A program made the position numbers and the translations under genes. Below the pieces are notes generated by a model. It was given only the letters and a program-made list of their open reading frames with translations. It searched no databases and was not told the DNA's origin. 64,000 nt of DNA from contig OY970368.1 in the NCBI GenBank assembly GCA_963718615.1, positions 3,264,001 through 3,328,000 of the forward strand. Reading direction: 5' to 3'. How positions within the stretch are numbered: the stretch's first letter is position 1; each line of letters begins with the position of its first letter. Below are positions 9,021-18,630 of this stretch, one piece after another. Source of the stretch: an uncultured cyanobacterium (GTDB taxonomy: Bacteria > Cyanobacteriota > Cyanobacteriia > PCC-9006 > JAAUQQ01).

Positions 9021-10946
9021 TTACGTCCTCGGCGGCAAGCAGGCGACGCGGAACCCGCTGAAGCGGTTGAGGCGGCCGCGATCGAGCCAGTCGCGATTGG
9101 CGGAGCGGCAGTTCCTAGGACCGCGCATCCAGGAGCCCCCCCGCAGGAGCCGGAGTGATTGCTCACCCTTTTGTAAACTTTTCCATGCACTTCCATCTGT
9201 CGGTGCCCCCTCGTAGCTGTCGTGCCACTCGTCCTCGCACCATTCCCACACATTCCCATGCATGTCATACAGCCCAAAGGCGTTGGGTGGAAAGCTGCCA
9301 ACATCAGTCGTTTGTTCTCGATACTTCCCCTTGCTTCCCTTGCCGTAGGTAGAGTTGCCGTTGTAATTCACCAGGTCTGGCGTAATCGTTTCTCCAAAAT
9401 AAAACGGCGTTGTCGTCCCTGCCCGACAGGCATACTCCCACTCCGCTTCGCTCGGTAACCGATAGGTTTTGCCCGTCGCCTTGCTCAGCCGCGCACAAAA
9501 CTCCTGGGCATCGTCCCAACTAATGCACTCAATGGGGCGTTTGGGTCCTTTAAAATTCGCCGGGTCTGGCTCCAGATCTCGCTGCACCTTCGGCAGGGCT
9601 GCAACCCGCTTCCACTGTTCCTGAGTGACCGCAAACTTGCCGAAGAAAAACTCTGGCACTCTGACCCGATGCTGTTGCTCAACATTGACATTGCCTAGCG
9701 CTTCTCGCCAGTTCTTATACCAATCTCGCCCTTCTTCGTTTTCCGGCGATCCCATCACAAACTCCCCACCTGGAATCCGCACCATCTCCAGCACAACGCC
9801 ATTGCCCAGGTCTTCGACAAACTGCTCCGCCGACCGGGTCTCGCGCTGGCTGATCTTGCCCCGCTCATCCACCTGCACCGTCTCAAACTCAAACCGGATG
9901 AGGTTGAGGCCGTTGGCTGGGGGCTGGACGAACGGCGGTTCGTCCCTACGGGGGGTGGGGGATGATCGGGATCCTTGGGGGATTGGCTGGGGCTTCGGTG
10001 GGTCAGGTCGGGTGCCACTGCCTCTGGCCCGCAACTCTGGCAATTGCTGCAATGCCCGGATTGCCTCCATATCCCGCCCCTGGGCCACCACCAACACCCG
10101 AATCCAAATCTGCTCCGCTAGGTCCCAGTCTCCCTGAAACATCATCCGGTACGCATCGTTCTTGAGCACCGCAATATCCGTCAACGTCGCACAGCGCGGC
10201 TGCAAAATAAAATGCAGCTTCTCCGCCGGATCCGCCGCCGTCCGAGGCATTTGTTCCGGAAACTTGCCGTGCTGCCGACACAGCCCCGGCACCCGATCGC
10301 GCAAATACTGGCCCAACCGCTCCACCGTCGCACAATTGCGCTCCCCATTCAGCCGCAACGCCTCCAGCAAGCTATAGGTAAACGCCCCATGCTCCAACGC
10401 CTCAATCTCCCAAGACTTCTGCGTCGGTCCACAGGACGAAATCGTAATAATCCCCGGCTGCGCCTCCGCCCCAACGCCACCCCCATCCCTCGCCCCCTCC
10501 GTCCGGCAGGCATCCAAGAGCAAAATCACATTGTCCGCCCCACAGCGACAGAGCCGCTCCCGGATATAGTTCACCGGAATGGCCGTGCGGTCGATCACTC
10601 TCGGATTCGCATCTTGAGGCATCAAAAAATCCTGATTCTGATGCTGCCCCCCATGGCCCGCAAAGAAAAACCAACAGTTATCCCCCTTCTCCAGAAAAGG
10701 ACTAGCAAACCGATCCTCCAGCAACGAAATTAGATTTCCCACCGTCGGGCGAGTCGAAAGCTCGTTCCCATTGGGCAACACCTGGGACGGAGAATCATCC
10801 GTAAACAGCCACACCCCCTCAAACCCCGCCTCCTGGGCAAAAAAATCCCGCACCGCCTCCGCATCCCGCTTGGCATAGCGCAGCGGCGGGAAGTTCGTCG
10901 GTACATAATCATTGATGCCAATGACAAAGGCCCAATTGCGTGACAT
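9021..10946 (-). CDS. Caspase (peptidase C14) + FGE-sulfatase/CLec-fold protein; putative DGR target
   Basis: [15 protein letters not shown] and LLDACR catalytic dyad; Pro-rich linker; [42 protein letters not shown]...CRSANR...GFRV. Probable ATG at 10946. Confidence 0.92.
   Translation of the reverse strand: MSRNWAFVIGINDYVPTNFPPLRYAKRDAEAVRDFFAQEAGFEGVWLFTDDSPSQVLPNGNELSTRPTVGNLISLLEDRFASPFLEKGDNCWFFFAGHGGQHQNQDFLMPQDANPRVIDRTAIPVNYIRERLCRCGADNVILLLDACRTEGARDGGGVGAEAQPGIITISSCGPTQKSWEIEALEHGAFTYSLLEALRLNGERNCATVERLGQYLRDRVPGLCRQHGKFPEQMPRTAADPAEKLHFILQPRCATLTDIAVLKNDAYRMMFQGDWDLAEQIWIRVLVVAQGRDMEAIRALQQLPELRARGSGTRPDPPKPQPIPQGSRSSPTPRRDEPPFVQPPANGLNLIRFEFETVQVDERGKISQRETRSAEQFVEDLGNGVVLEMVRIPGGEFVMGSPENEEGRDWYKNWREALGNVNVEQQHRVRVPEFFFGKFAVTQEQWKRVAALPKVQRDLEPDPANFKGPKRPIECISWDDAQEFCARLSKATGKTYRLPSEAEWEYACRAGTTTPFYFGETITPDLVNYNGNSTYGKGSKGKYREQTTDVGSFPPNAFGLYDMHGNVWEWCEDEWHDSYEGAPTDGSAWKSLQKGEQSLRLLRGGSWMRGPRNCRSANRDWLDRGRLNRFSGFRVACLPPRT
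9926..9950 (-). repeat. REP copy embedded in frame in the caspase-CLec linker
   Basis: Minus strand CGTAGGGACGAACCGCCGTTCGTCC, 23/25 identical to the start of the 10978-11007 palindrome; translated as RRDEPPFV. Confidence 0.8.
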
Positions 10947-10977
10947 GGATTTGATGCGGTGACAGGTTTCCGGCAAC

Positions 10978-11007
10978 CGTAGGGACGAACAGCTGTTCGT
11001 CCCTACG
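10978..11007. repeat. Perfect 30-bp REP-like palindrome
   Basis: CGTAGGGACGAACAG|CTGTTCGTCCCTACG; contains the TAG stop of the 11003-11434 gene. Confidence 0.9.
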
Positions 11008-11434
11008 GGGATTCTGGGGATAATGGTGGACTGGCTTTCTTAAATTTCAGCGTCATCGCTCCTTTTCCGCCCGTTTTGATCCCAGACCCCATCAAACTCA
11101 CCTGACCCTCCCCATTCACCTCCACCGTCAGCTCGATCGCCTCCAACTCCATCCCCGCCACATCCCCTGCACTCTCCAGCGCATGGCGCAACACCCGCCC
11201 CGTCACCTGCAAAAAATCCGTCAGCCCCTGCTCCAATTTTTCCGCACTCACTGCCACCCGCCGGGGCTCCGCAGTGGTTACGATGCCGCCGTCCTTGGAC
11301 GTGCGCTGGGGCGTGCGCTGGGGCAAGGTCTCGTAGGGACTAGACCCCAGATTCCAGTCTCGACTGCCCTCAGAATATTGAGCGTCAGCCACCGTGACTT
11401 CGTCGGTGATGAGCCAAATGTAATCGTTTGTCAT
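11003..11434 (-). CDS. Pepco/Trypco-like peptidase-co-occurring domain protein
   Basis: IWLITDE...[14 protein letters not shown]...[39 protein letters not shown]; lies immediately upstream of a caspase. Confidence 0.75.
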   Translation of the reverse strand: MTNDYIWLITDEVTVADAQYSEGSRDWNLGSSPYETLPQRTPQRTSKDGGIVTTAEPRRVAVSAEKLEQGLTDFLQVTGRVLRHALESAGDVAGMELEAIELTVEVNGEGQVSLMGSGIKTGGKGAMTLKFKKASPPLSPESP

Positions 11435-11516
11435 CTTGCAAAGGAGAGATTTCCGTGATTCTCACGACCCATTGTAGACGGGGGACGATGGTAGACGGAG
11501 GGCGATCGCCCCTCCC

Positions 11517-12383
11517 CTAATCCGGCGGTGGCAACTCCAGCGGAATCTTGCCCAACAACCCCTTGCGAAAATCATCGAGAAAATGACGGGCGGTGCGTTC
11601 GCGATCGCCACTAAACCGTGCTTCCGCCACCGCAAACAAATAGTCCTCGCCCGTATGAACCCATTCATCGACGCCGTAGCGATCGCACAACAAACTCCGA
11701 GGCACAGGGGGGCGATCGAGATCCTGCAAGGCTTTGACCTGCTCGATCAGCTCAGCGGCAACCCGCTGGTTATCGTAGGCGGCTTGGCCAATGTCATCGC
11801 AGAGGGCCAGCTTAATCGCAGCGGCTTGGTCGTTGAGTTTGGCCGGGAGGACGCCAGGGGCATCGAGTAGATCTAGGTCTTTGCCCACCCGCACCCAGCG
11901 CAGCGCGCGGGTCACCCCCGGTTTTCGGGCACTTTCAACGGCGCGTTTGTCCACGAGGCGATTGATCAACGCCGACTTACCCACATTGGGAAAGCCAATC
12001 ATCACCGCCCGCACCGCCCGAGGCTTCATCCCCCGCTTCCGCCGCCGTTCGTTCATGGCAAAGCCTGCCTCCTGGGCGGCCTTGGCCAGTTCCCGGATGC
12101 CTTTGCCATGCTGGGCATCGGTAAAGCAAACGGGTTTGCCCTGGGCCGCAAACCAGGCGTGCCATTGGTCTTGGAGCTGTTGGGGAATCATGTCCACCCG
12201 ATTGAGGACCAGGACGCGTTCTTTGCTCCCGACCCATTCTTCAACGCGGGGATGGTGAGTGGCGAAGGGAATCCGGGCATCGCGCACCTCCAAGACCACG
12301 TCAACGCGCTTGAGTTGGTCGAGGAGGAGGCGTTCGGCCTTGGCAATGTGACCGGGATACCATTGAATCGAAGGGGTGGACAT
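11517..12383 (-). CDS. ylqF: Ribosome biogenesis GTPase YlqF/RbgA
   Basis: IQWYPGHIAKA, EVRDARIP, GFPNVGKS, KPGVT, LLDAPG. Confidence 0.95.
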   Translation of the reverse strand: MSTPSIQWYPGHIAKAERLLLDQLKRVDVVLEVRDARIPFATHHPRVEEWVGSKERVLVLNRVDMIPQQLQDQWHAWFAAQGKPVCFTDAQHGKGIRELAKAAQEAGFAMNERRRKRGMKPRAVRAVMIGFPNVGKSALINRLVDKRAVESARKPGVTRALRWVRVGKDLDLLDAPGVLPAKLNDQAAAIKLALCDDIGQAAYDNQRVAAELIEQVKALQDLDRPPVPRSLLCDRYGVDEWVHTGEDYLFAVAEARFSGDRERTARHFLDDFRKGLLGKIPLELPPPD

Positions 12384-12432
12384 GAAGGCTGGGAAGATAG
12401 AGGCTGAAGCAGTGATCCATTAGGCATTATCC

Positions 12433-13023
12433 ATGCAAACACCGGGACATGTGATTTTGAATTTGGGGGTTTTAGGACGGCGATCGCATCCCCAGTGGAA
12501 CTGGCCCATTGCCATCGGGGCATTTTTGCCGGATGCAGCGATGTTTGGGTTTTATTTTTGGACGAAGGTTGTGCAGGGATTGCCTGACGGAGAGATCTGG
12601 AGAACCACCTATTTTTTACCAGGTTGGCAGGCTCTATTTGATGTGTTTAATTCGATTCCATTGGCATTGGTTGGGACAGGCATTGGGCTGTATTTTCGCA
12701 AGCAGGCGATCGCCCTGTTTTTCTTCAGCATTGTCCTCCACTGTCTTTGCGATTTGCCGCTGCACCATGATGATGCCCATCGACATTTTTTACCGTTGAG
12801 TCAGTTTCGGTTTGTGAGTCCGGTGTCCTATTGGGATCCGGACCATTATGGGCTTTGGGGCGCGGGGCTGGAGGCGATTTTGGTTGTGGCTGCAAGTGTG
12901 GTGTTGTGGCGGTGCTGGCGATCGCGCTGGATAAGGGGGGTTTTGGGGGCGATCGGGCTGCTTTATGTTGTCCATTATGGGGTGCTGTTGGGACAGACTT
13001 TTTCACCCATGCATGTTGGATAG
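12433..13023 (+). CDS. Membrane protein, metal-dependent hydrolase-like
   Basis: N-terminal TPGH, GAFLPD, LHCLCDLPLHHDDAHRHF; hydrophobic helices. Confidence 0.7.
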   Translation: MQTPGHVILNLGVLGRRSHPQWNWPIAIGAFLPDAAMFGFYFWTKVVQGLPDGEIWRTTYFLPGWQALFDVFNSIPLALVGTGIGLYFRKQAIALFFFSIVLHCLCDLPLHHDDAHRHFLPLSQFRFVSPVSYWDPDHYGLWGAGLEAILVVAASVVLWRCWRSRWIRGVLGAIGLLYVVHYGVLLGQTFSPMHVG

Positions 13024-13042
13024 GTTCTACAAATGTTGTATT

Positions 13043-13064
13043 GGGCGCGGGATTCGCGCCCCTA
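13043..13064 (-). repeat. REP flanking RAYT (downstream side)
   Basis: Minus strand (C)TAGGGGCGCGAATCCCGCGCCC; 7-bp stem GGGCGCG/CGCGCCC. Confidence 0.85.
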
Positions 13065-13103
13065 GTGTTTTTCTGATATCAATGACCCAATGATCTGCCA
13101 GTG

Positions 13104-13625
13104 TCACCATTTGGATGGATTTTGGGGATGCAATTGGTCGATTGTCCAGCGCAGAGGGTTTTCCTGGATGTAGCTTTGTAACTTCTGACGCGAGGAGTTG
13201 TCTCGAATGATGTGTTCGTAATAGTTTCGCTGCCAAACTTTGATGCCTGGGGTATTGCGCTGCACGTTAATTTGCTTTGTGGTTTCGTATTTAAATGTTT
13301 GGATCAGTTGCCCTAATGTCGCTCGCTTCTGGAAAGAATTGCACTGGTCGGAAGGTAGAATATCCAGAATGAAATGAATGTGGTTTGGCATGATGATATA
13401 GGATGCGATCGCCACTCCCTCATTACCTGCCGCGAAATGCTCTAACTGCTTTTCTACCAAAACACCAAATTGGCTGAGCTGAACAGTTGCTCCCAAAACC
13501 TTACCGAATAAACATTCACGATGTTGAACACAAATAGTCACAAAATAGGAGCCGGGTTGACGGTAATTATACCCGCGCAAACGGATCGATCTGCGGTGAT
13601 GTCGTGCTGGGTCGTAACGTTCCAT
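13104..13625 (-). mobile_element. REP-associated tyrosine transposase (RAYT, Y1 HUH family)
   Basis: HHRRSIRLRGYNY, YFVTICV, IMPNHIH (HUH), WQRNYYEHIIR, YIQENP; flanked by GTAG REPs; AT-richer than its neighbours. Confidence 0.92.
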
Positions 13626-13715
13626 CAAAATCATTGACCAAAACCCCATAGGTTCAGAATGCCCATTTTTCACCTAAACCCAAAATCTCCAGGGAGGCAT
13701 CACAAATCCTGCATT

Positions 13716-13795
13716 GGGCGCGGGATTCGCGCCCCTACCGAAAATCCATGGATTCCGCCCAAAACGATTAGGGTAGGGGTCGGCATTCCCGACCC
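13716..13795. repeat. Inverted REP doublet upstream of RAYT
   Basis: GGGCGCGGGATTCGCGCCCCTAC (13716-13738) and GTAGGGGTCGGCATTCCCGACCC (13773-13795) in opposite orientations. Confidence 0.85.
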
Positions 13796-13970
13796 TCAGG
13801 GGTCTAGGGCGCTTCACAAATTTGGTATTGGCGATGGGTGCGATCGCTAATGTATCGCAATATTGCGCAGTGTTTCGCTCTGCTTCAGGAACCGAGGGAG
13901 ATTCAAAGAGATCGCTAGGATCGGAGCATTGCTTAAATTTCATTCCAATTCCGCTAGAAAAACGCCGCTT

Positions 13971-14435
13971 ATGAGTTCTGCGATCGCCTATCCCAACGCC
14001 TCCGACCTCTCCACCGACAGCTATCTGCCCGTGGGCCTCGCCCTTTGCTTTACCAAGGAAGAAGGCGAAGTCAAGCAAGTTCAGGTGCTAGAACCGATTC
14101 CCTCTTCCACCCTAGCGACGCTTTTAGCCGGGACAACCACATCCTATCAAAAGGTCTTTGGCCTCACCCTCGGCGAGCTGTTAGAGGGTGAGCAAGTCAA
14201 ACCGCGCCCCGAATTCCCCGCCGAAGCCATGCTGGCCGAAAACTTTGCCTTCCGCGCCATCAGCGCCGCCCGCACCTACCAGCGCAACCCCGAATTCGCC
14301 ACCCAAATTCCCCCTGGCACCACCTACGATCGCCTCAACCATTCCACCGAGCGCAAGCGGGTGCTGAATGCAGACAACATCGTCGGCCAGGACGACAACG
14401 TCAAACAACATGCCTACACCCATCAGGTGTTATAA
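13971..14435 (+). CDS. Hypothetical protein (conserved cyanobacterial type)
   Basis: DLSTDSYLPVGLALCF...EPIPS...AARTY...LNHSTERKRVLN...DDNVKQHAYTHQVL. Confidence 0.75.
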   Translation: MSSAIAYPNASDLSTDSYLPVGLALCFTKEEGEVKQVQVLEPIPSSTLATLLAGTTTSYQKVFGLTLGELLEGEQVKPRPEFPAEAMLAENFAFRAISAARTYQRNPEFATQIPPGTTYDRLNHSTERKRVLNADNIVGQDDNVKQHAYTHQVL

Positions 14436-15773
14436 CAACCGCAATTGGGTTTGCGCCGGGGGGTCGGTGATATAGGGGGCGGCGGGTTCGCGGAGGCGAT
14501 CGCCCCACTCCTCCGACTCCTCCACCTCCCACGCTTCCCCCTCAATCAACGCTTCCGCCGCCGCCAGCAAATCGGTTTCTCTGGCTTGCAGATCGTCTCG
14601 ATGCTGAATAAACGTCTTCAAGGCTTCCAGGGGATTGAGGCCGCTATCGGCATTGAGTTCCGGCAATCGGGGTCTGGCCAGTTGGCTGGTTAACTCGGCT
14701 TGAATGGTATACTGGTGGGCGATCTGTAGGGCCTCGTGAAGAGCTTTATCGTCGATGAGTGCCAGTTGCTCCGGCTTCACTTGGTAGAGCAACCGCACGA
14801 TCGCTTCGGGGATCTCGTGGCGGGCGATCGCTTTCATCAACGCGGCCTGGGGATCCTTTGCCTTTTCCAAATTAACCCGAATGGTCTTAAAGGGTCGCAC
14901 GGGCAGCGCCTGAAACTGAAATGTCGCCTTTCCCCGTTCTAAATTGACCCAAACAAAGCCTTTTTCTTCCTTTTCCTCACTAAAATCCACCCGCTCAATA
15001 CTGCCGGGATACACCACGGGCGGCGATTCGCACAGAACCTGATGGCGATGAACATGACCAAGGGCAACGTAGTCCAGACAATCCCGCGTGAGCAGCGACA
15101 TCGGCAATGTAAAGCCCTTCCCTACAGCGAGAAAGCGTTCGGCTCCGTACATGGCAGTGTCGAGCATGGCGTGGGCTAGGAGAACGCTGGGGAGGGCTGG
15201 GTTGAGTTGGCGCAGTTCTCCCTCTAGGGCAATTCGGAGGCGATCGCGCAGGCGATCGCTCACTTCCGCCAGGGATAGTCCTTCCGTTTCCGGGCGCGTC
15301 AGCAGGGTCGATCGGGTCAGCCAGGGCAGCGTAATGATCTGAACCGGGCCATTACGGGTTTCAATGCAATGAGTTGCCAAAGCATCTCCGACGATCACCC
15401 CCGGCACCGCCAAGGTCCGGTAAATCGCTAAACTCGCACCGCCTTGGCCCTGGGAATATTGGTCATGGTTACCCACGAGCAACACCACTGGAATCTCTGC
15501 ATCCACCAGCCGCCGAAACTGACCGGCAAAGGCTTCTTGGATATAGGGCGCGGGCGTGGCATCGGGAAAGGCATCGCCTCCAAAGAGGACTAAATCGACG
15601 GGCTCACCCGAGCCTGATTCTGAGGGTCTAAGGCCCAAGGCATAGTCGATGCAGTGACTCAAGGCCGCGACAAAGTCTTCAAATCGAGTATTCAAACCCG
15701 TTTCCGGATTGATGTGACCCTGGGCAAAGCCGCTGCCGAGATGGATATCGGAGAGGTGCAGAAGTTTAATCAT
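14430..15773 (-). CDS. sbcD: Exonuclease SbcCD subunit D
   Basis: HLSDIHLG, FGGDAF, VGNHD, ALGHVH, YPGSIERVDFSE. Confidence 0.93.
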   Translation of the reverse strand: MIKLLHLSDIHLGSGFAQGHINPETGLNTRFEDFVAALSHCIDYALGLRPSESGSGEPVDLVLFGGDAFPDATPAPYIQEAFAGQFRRLVDAEIPVVLLVGNHDQYSQGQGGASLAIYRTLAVPGVIVGDALATHCIETRNGPVQIITLPWLTRSTLLTRPETEGLSLAEVSDRLRDRLRIALEGELRQLNPALPSVLLAHAMLDTAMYGAERFLAVGKGFTLPMSLLTRDCLDYVALGHVHRHQVLCESPPVVYPGSIERVDFSEEKEEKGFVWVNLERGKATFQFQALPVRPFKTIRVNLEKAKDPQAALMKAIARHEIPEAIVRLLYQVKPEQLALIDDKALHEALQIAHQYTIQAELTSQLARPRLPELNADSGLNPLEALKTFIQHRDDLQARETDLLAAAEALIEGEAWEVEESEEWGDRLREPAAPYITDPPAQTQLRLL

Positions 15774-16383
15774 GGCGGAGCGAGTGCGGTTCTCGATAGA
15801 CGCCGTAGGCCGAGAACATTCCTAACAAAAAGCCAAACAAATGGCCCCACCAAGCGACCCCCATTTGCACCGGCAAAACGCCCCAGAGAAAATAGCTGTA
15901 GTTGAGCAAGACCACAACCGAAAGCATCAGCGGAATAAAGCGCCGCTCCAGGCAACCAATCACCAACAAATAGCCAAACAACGTATAAACGACCCCGCTC
16001 AAGCCATGGGCACTTTGTGGCCCCAGCAACCAATTGGCAAATCCGCCGCCAATCCAACCGATTAGAACTGTGGTCCAATAATCCTTCCGGCTTTTGGCTA
16101 AAATCAGCCAGCTAAACAGGGCAAACCCGATACTATTGCCAATCAGGTGGGCAAAATTGGCATGGGAAAAAGCCGAGAGCAGAATCCCTGGAATGCCATC
16201 CAAACTGCGCGGATGCACAGGCAAATTCCAGCGCCCGCGAAAGACAACCTGGTCGATCATTTCCTGCGCCCAGGGAATCGCTAAGATTTGCAACGGCAGA
16301 AAAAAGTTTTGCTTCACCCGCGTAATGGCGCTGGGCTGTGGTTTGGGAGAATGGGAGATTGTGTGAAAGTCGTCGGTGGTCAT
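15766..16383 (-). CDS. Rhomboid family intramembrane serine protease
   Basis: FSHANFAHLIGN, HGLSG (GxSG), WWGHLFG. Confidence 0.88.
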   Translation of the reverse strand: MTTDDFHTISHSPKPQPSAITRVKQNFFLPLQILAIPWAQEMIDQVVFRGRWNLPVHPRSLDGIPGILLSAFSHANFAHLIGNSIGFALFSWLILAKSRKDYWTTVLIGWIGGGFANWLLGPQSAHGLSGVVYTLFGYLLVIGCLERRFIPLMLSVVVLLNYSYFLWGVLPVQMGVAWWGHLFGFLLGMFSAYGVYREPHSLRHD

Positions 16384-16431
16384 GGACGGTCTGTGCGGAG
16401 TGAGTCACCAGCTCCAGCGTAGCTTTTCTGC

Positions 16432-16803
16432 CTAGGAATTGCCCACTGCTCCCCCGCCGATGGCAGCCTGAATCTGTTCACGCCATAGGGCCGCATCGGA
16501 GAGCGCCAGACCCACTCGCTTGTAGTAGTGGTCCTTGAGGTCAATCAAAAGGGTGTTGGGTTCTCGGGTGGTGTACCAAAACTCTCGGCCTCGCTCGGTG
16601 TAGTAGGTGCCTGCCTTGATGAGGCCGGGAACAAAGGTGCCGGGGGCTCGGATTTCTCGCCAGGTGGTGATGGGGCGATCGCCCGATACCCGCAGGATTT
16701 GGCTCAGGGGCAGGGCGATCGCAGGGCTGAGATGGCAACTCCACAGGCGTTCGGGGCCGGTGAGCTGGATTTCGAGGATTTCGGGATAAAGGATGAGGTT
16801 CAT
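16432..16803 (-). CDS. Hypothetical protein
   Basis: 123 aa; EIRAPGTFVPGLIKAGTYYT...EFW; co-directional with its neighbours. Confidence 0.7.
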   Translation of the reverse strand: MNLILYPEILEIQLTGPERLWSCHLSPAIALPLSQILRVSGDRPITTWREIRAPGTFVPGLIKAGTYYTERGREFWYTTREPNTLLIDLKDHYYKRVGLALSDAALWREQIQAAIGGGAVGNS

Positions 16804-16857
16804 CGGAATTCAGATAATGGCTGATTCAGGGGCTATAGAAATGTTCTATGGACTGTT

Positions 16858-17532
16858 CTAAAGTTGCTCAGGATCAACACCTAACGCTCGCAGCTTCTCC
16901 GCCAGCCGTAGCGCCCGCGCTTCTGCGGCCTCCGCCCGTTCCTGAGCTTTTGCGGCTAACGCTGCAATTTCCTCGTAGGTCATAAAGGGTTCTCCCGTCG
17001 ACCGGTACAACACAAGATTTCCGACTTCATTTTGCTCAAATCGAATGCCTAGTGCTGGACTAACCCACCCCTGCACGTCAGGAATGTGCTCCAAATAGTT
17101 GCCTTGCCGTACAAAGCCGCCCAGCACCTGTTGTTCTGGATCATAGAGGTAATATTCGTTGATCCCATAGCGTTCATAAAACTGAAATTTTCGATTCATT
17201 TCAATCACCGTATTACCAGGGGAAATGATCTCAAAAACCACTTGAGGGACAACGCCATCCTCTCGGTGCTGAATATAGCTGCTGCGATGCCCCTTTGGTC
17301 TCCCTAAAACAACCATCACATCAGGCGCTTGACGGATTTTGTTGTTACCTTCAACCGGATACCACAACAGGTCACCAGCCACAAAAACCTGTTCATTTGC
17401 CTCGAATAGTAAGTCAAGTCCCTTTTTGATGTAAACAATCCATTCAAACTGTTTGGTATTGTCTGCCATGGGCTGACCATCACTCGCTGGATATTCAATT
17501 TCGGCGGTTGTCTGGCGGAGTTCGCTAACCAT
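16858..17532 (-). CDS. Uma2 family endonuclease with C-terminal coiled-coil
   Basis: YPASDGQPMADNTKQF, APDVMV, VVFEIISPGN, EYYLYDP, AERAEAAEARA...LRALGVDPE. Confidence 0.92.
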   Translation of the reverse strand: MVSELRQTTAEIEYPASDGQPMADNTKQFEWIVYIKKGLDLLFEANEQVFVAGDLLWYPVEGNNKIRQAPDVMVVLGRPKGHRSSYIQHREDGVVPQVVFEIISPGNTVIEMNRKFQFYERYGINEYYLYDPEQQVLGGFVRQGNYLEHIPDVQGWVSPALGIRFEQNEVGNLVLYRSTGEPFMTYEEIAALAAKAQERAEAAEARALRLAEKLRALGVDPEQL

Positions 17533-17721
17533 GGGACTCTCCAACGCTTAAGACTGGCTTTTGGCCTGCTTCCATCTTGCCCCAGAAACCGAATTTTTCC
17601 GAGGCGATCGCCCGTTGCTTCCGGATCTCCCGTAGGATATGGAAAATCTGCACGCTAAACGTCTCCCCAGATCTCAGTTTTTAGCCCATCCTCCCTTGTC
17701 GAAAGAATCCCTTGTCAAAAG

Positions 17722-18528
17722 ATGCTGAATCAACTCCTGGCTAACCCCTGGCTGATCGCCCTTCTGCTCAACACCGTCCTACTCCTCCCCGCGCTGCTTG
17801 CGCCCAAAAAGCTGCTGACGCCCTTGGGCGTTGCCCATGCCTGGGTTTTAGGCGTCACCCTCTGGGGCACGTTGGGCTGGCGTGGTTACGCGGTGGTGAT
17901 GTTTTATTTTTTAGTGGGGTCCGCCGTAACTCGCATTGGCATCGCTGAGAAAGAAGCCGCAGGCATTGCGGAAAAACGGGGCGGGGCGCGCGGCCCGGAG
18001 AACGTTTGGGGGTCCGCTGCGGTGGCCATTCTCTGCGCTGTGGGGGCGGGTTTTTTGGCCCCTCGGATAGATTCGGACGCCTCGGACGCCATGGTTTTGG
18101 CCTATCGACTGCTGGTCCTGGGCTATGTGGCCAGTTTCGCCACCAAACTCTCCGATACCACCGCCAGCGAAGTGGGCAAAGCCTACGGCAAACGCACCTT
18201 TTTGATTACAACATTGCAACCTGTGGCCCGTGGCACGGAGGGAGCCGTGAGTTTGGAGGGGACCTTAGCGGGACTGGGGGCTTCGATTGTAATTGCGGCA
18301 TTGGCTTGGCGTTTGGGCTTAATTTCCGTGGGGGGAATTGGGATTTGTGCGATCGCCGCCTTCATCGCCACCAACCTCGAAAGCGTCATCGGGGCCACGC
18401 TCCAGAATCGTCTAGACTGGCTCTCCAATGAATGGGTCAATGTGATTAATACATTAATTGGGGCGGGGGTGGCGATCGCCCTAGGAATAGTTCTCAGCAA
18501 CGTTCTCGGCAACTCGGGAAATCTATGA
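17722..18528 (+). CDS. DUF92/TIGR00297 membrane protein (VTE6-like)
   Basis: EKRGGARGPENVWGS, KLSDTTASEVG, GTEGAVSLEG, ESVIGA, NEWVN. Confidence 0.88.
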   Translation: MLNQLLANPWLIALLLNTVLLLPALLAPKKLLTPLGVAHAWVLGVTLWGTLGWRGYAVVMFYFLVGSAVTRIGIAEKEAAGIAEKRGGARGPENVWGSAAVAILCAVGAGFLAPRIDSDASDAMVLAYRLLVLGYVASFATKLSDTTASEVGKAYGKRTFLITTLQPVARGTEGAVSLEGTLAGLGASIVIAALAWRLGLISVGGIGICAIAAFIATNLESVIGATLQNRLDWLSNEWVNVINTLIGAGVAIALGIVLSNVLGNSGNL

Positions 18529-18630
18529 CTTCAAAAGCATTTTTGTGGATTGCGTTTGCGCTGACAAGCGTAGTCTTTCTTTTCTATTTAGATCAAAACT
18601 TAGGCCAAACCTTAGGCTAAAACTGAGATC

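Noticed and set aside
8858-9304. 148-aa alternative-frame ORF, including the 21-codon MSFETGISDH... frame after the hairpin
   Set aside because: It overlaps the FGE domain and the non-coding cis-element in another frame, with no recognisable family.
9021-9800. Catalytic formylglycine-generating enzyme
   Set aside because: It lacks the two-cysteine FGE core and no sulfatase is nearby; it fits a CLec-fold binding domain better.
13104-13625. IS200/IS605 insertion sequence
   Set aside because: No tnpB is present; the WQRNYYEHIIR motif and GTAG REP flanks indicate a RAYT.
7400-14000. Complete DGR cassette (RT, Avd, template repeat)
   Set aside because: No RT motifs and no AAC-rich copy of the variable region found in the window; only target-side features are present.
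13674-14078. 134-aa minus-strand ORF next to RAYT
   Set aside because: It is a read-through of the REP palindromes and antisense to the 13971-14435 gene.
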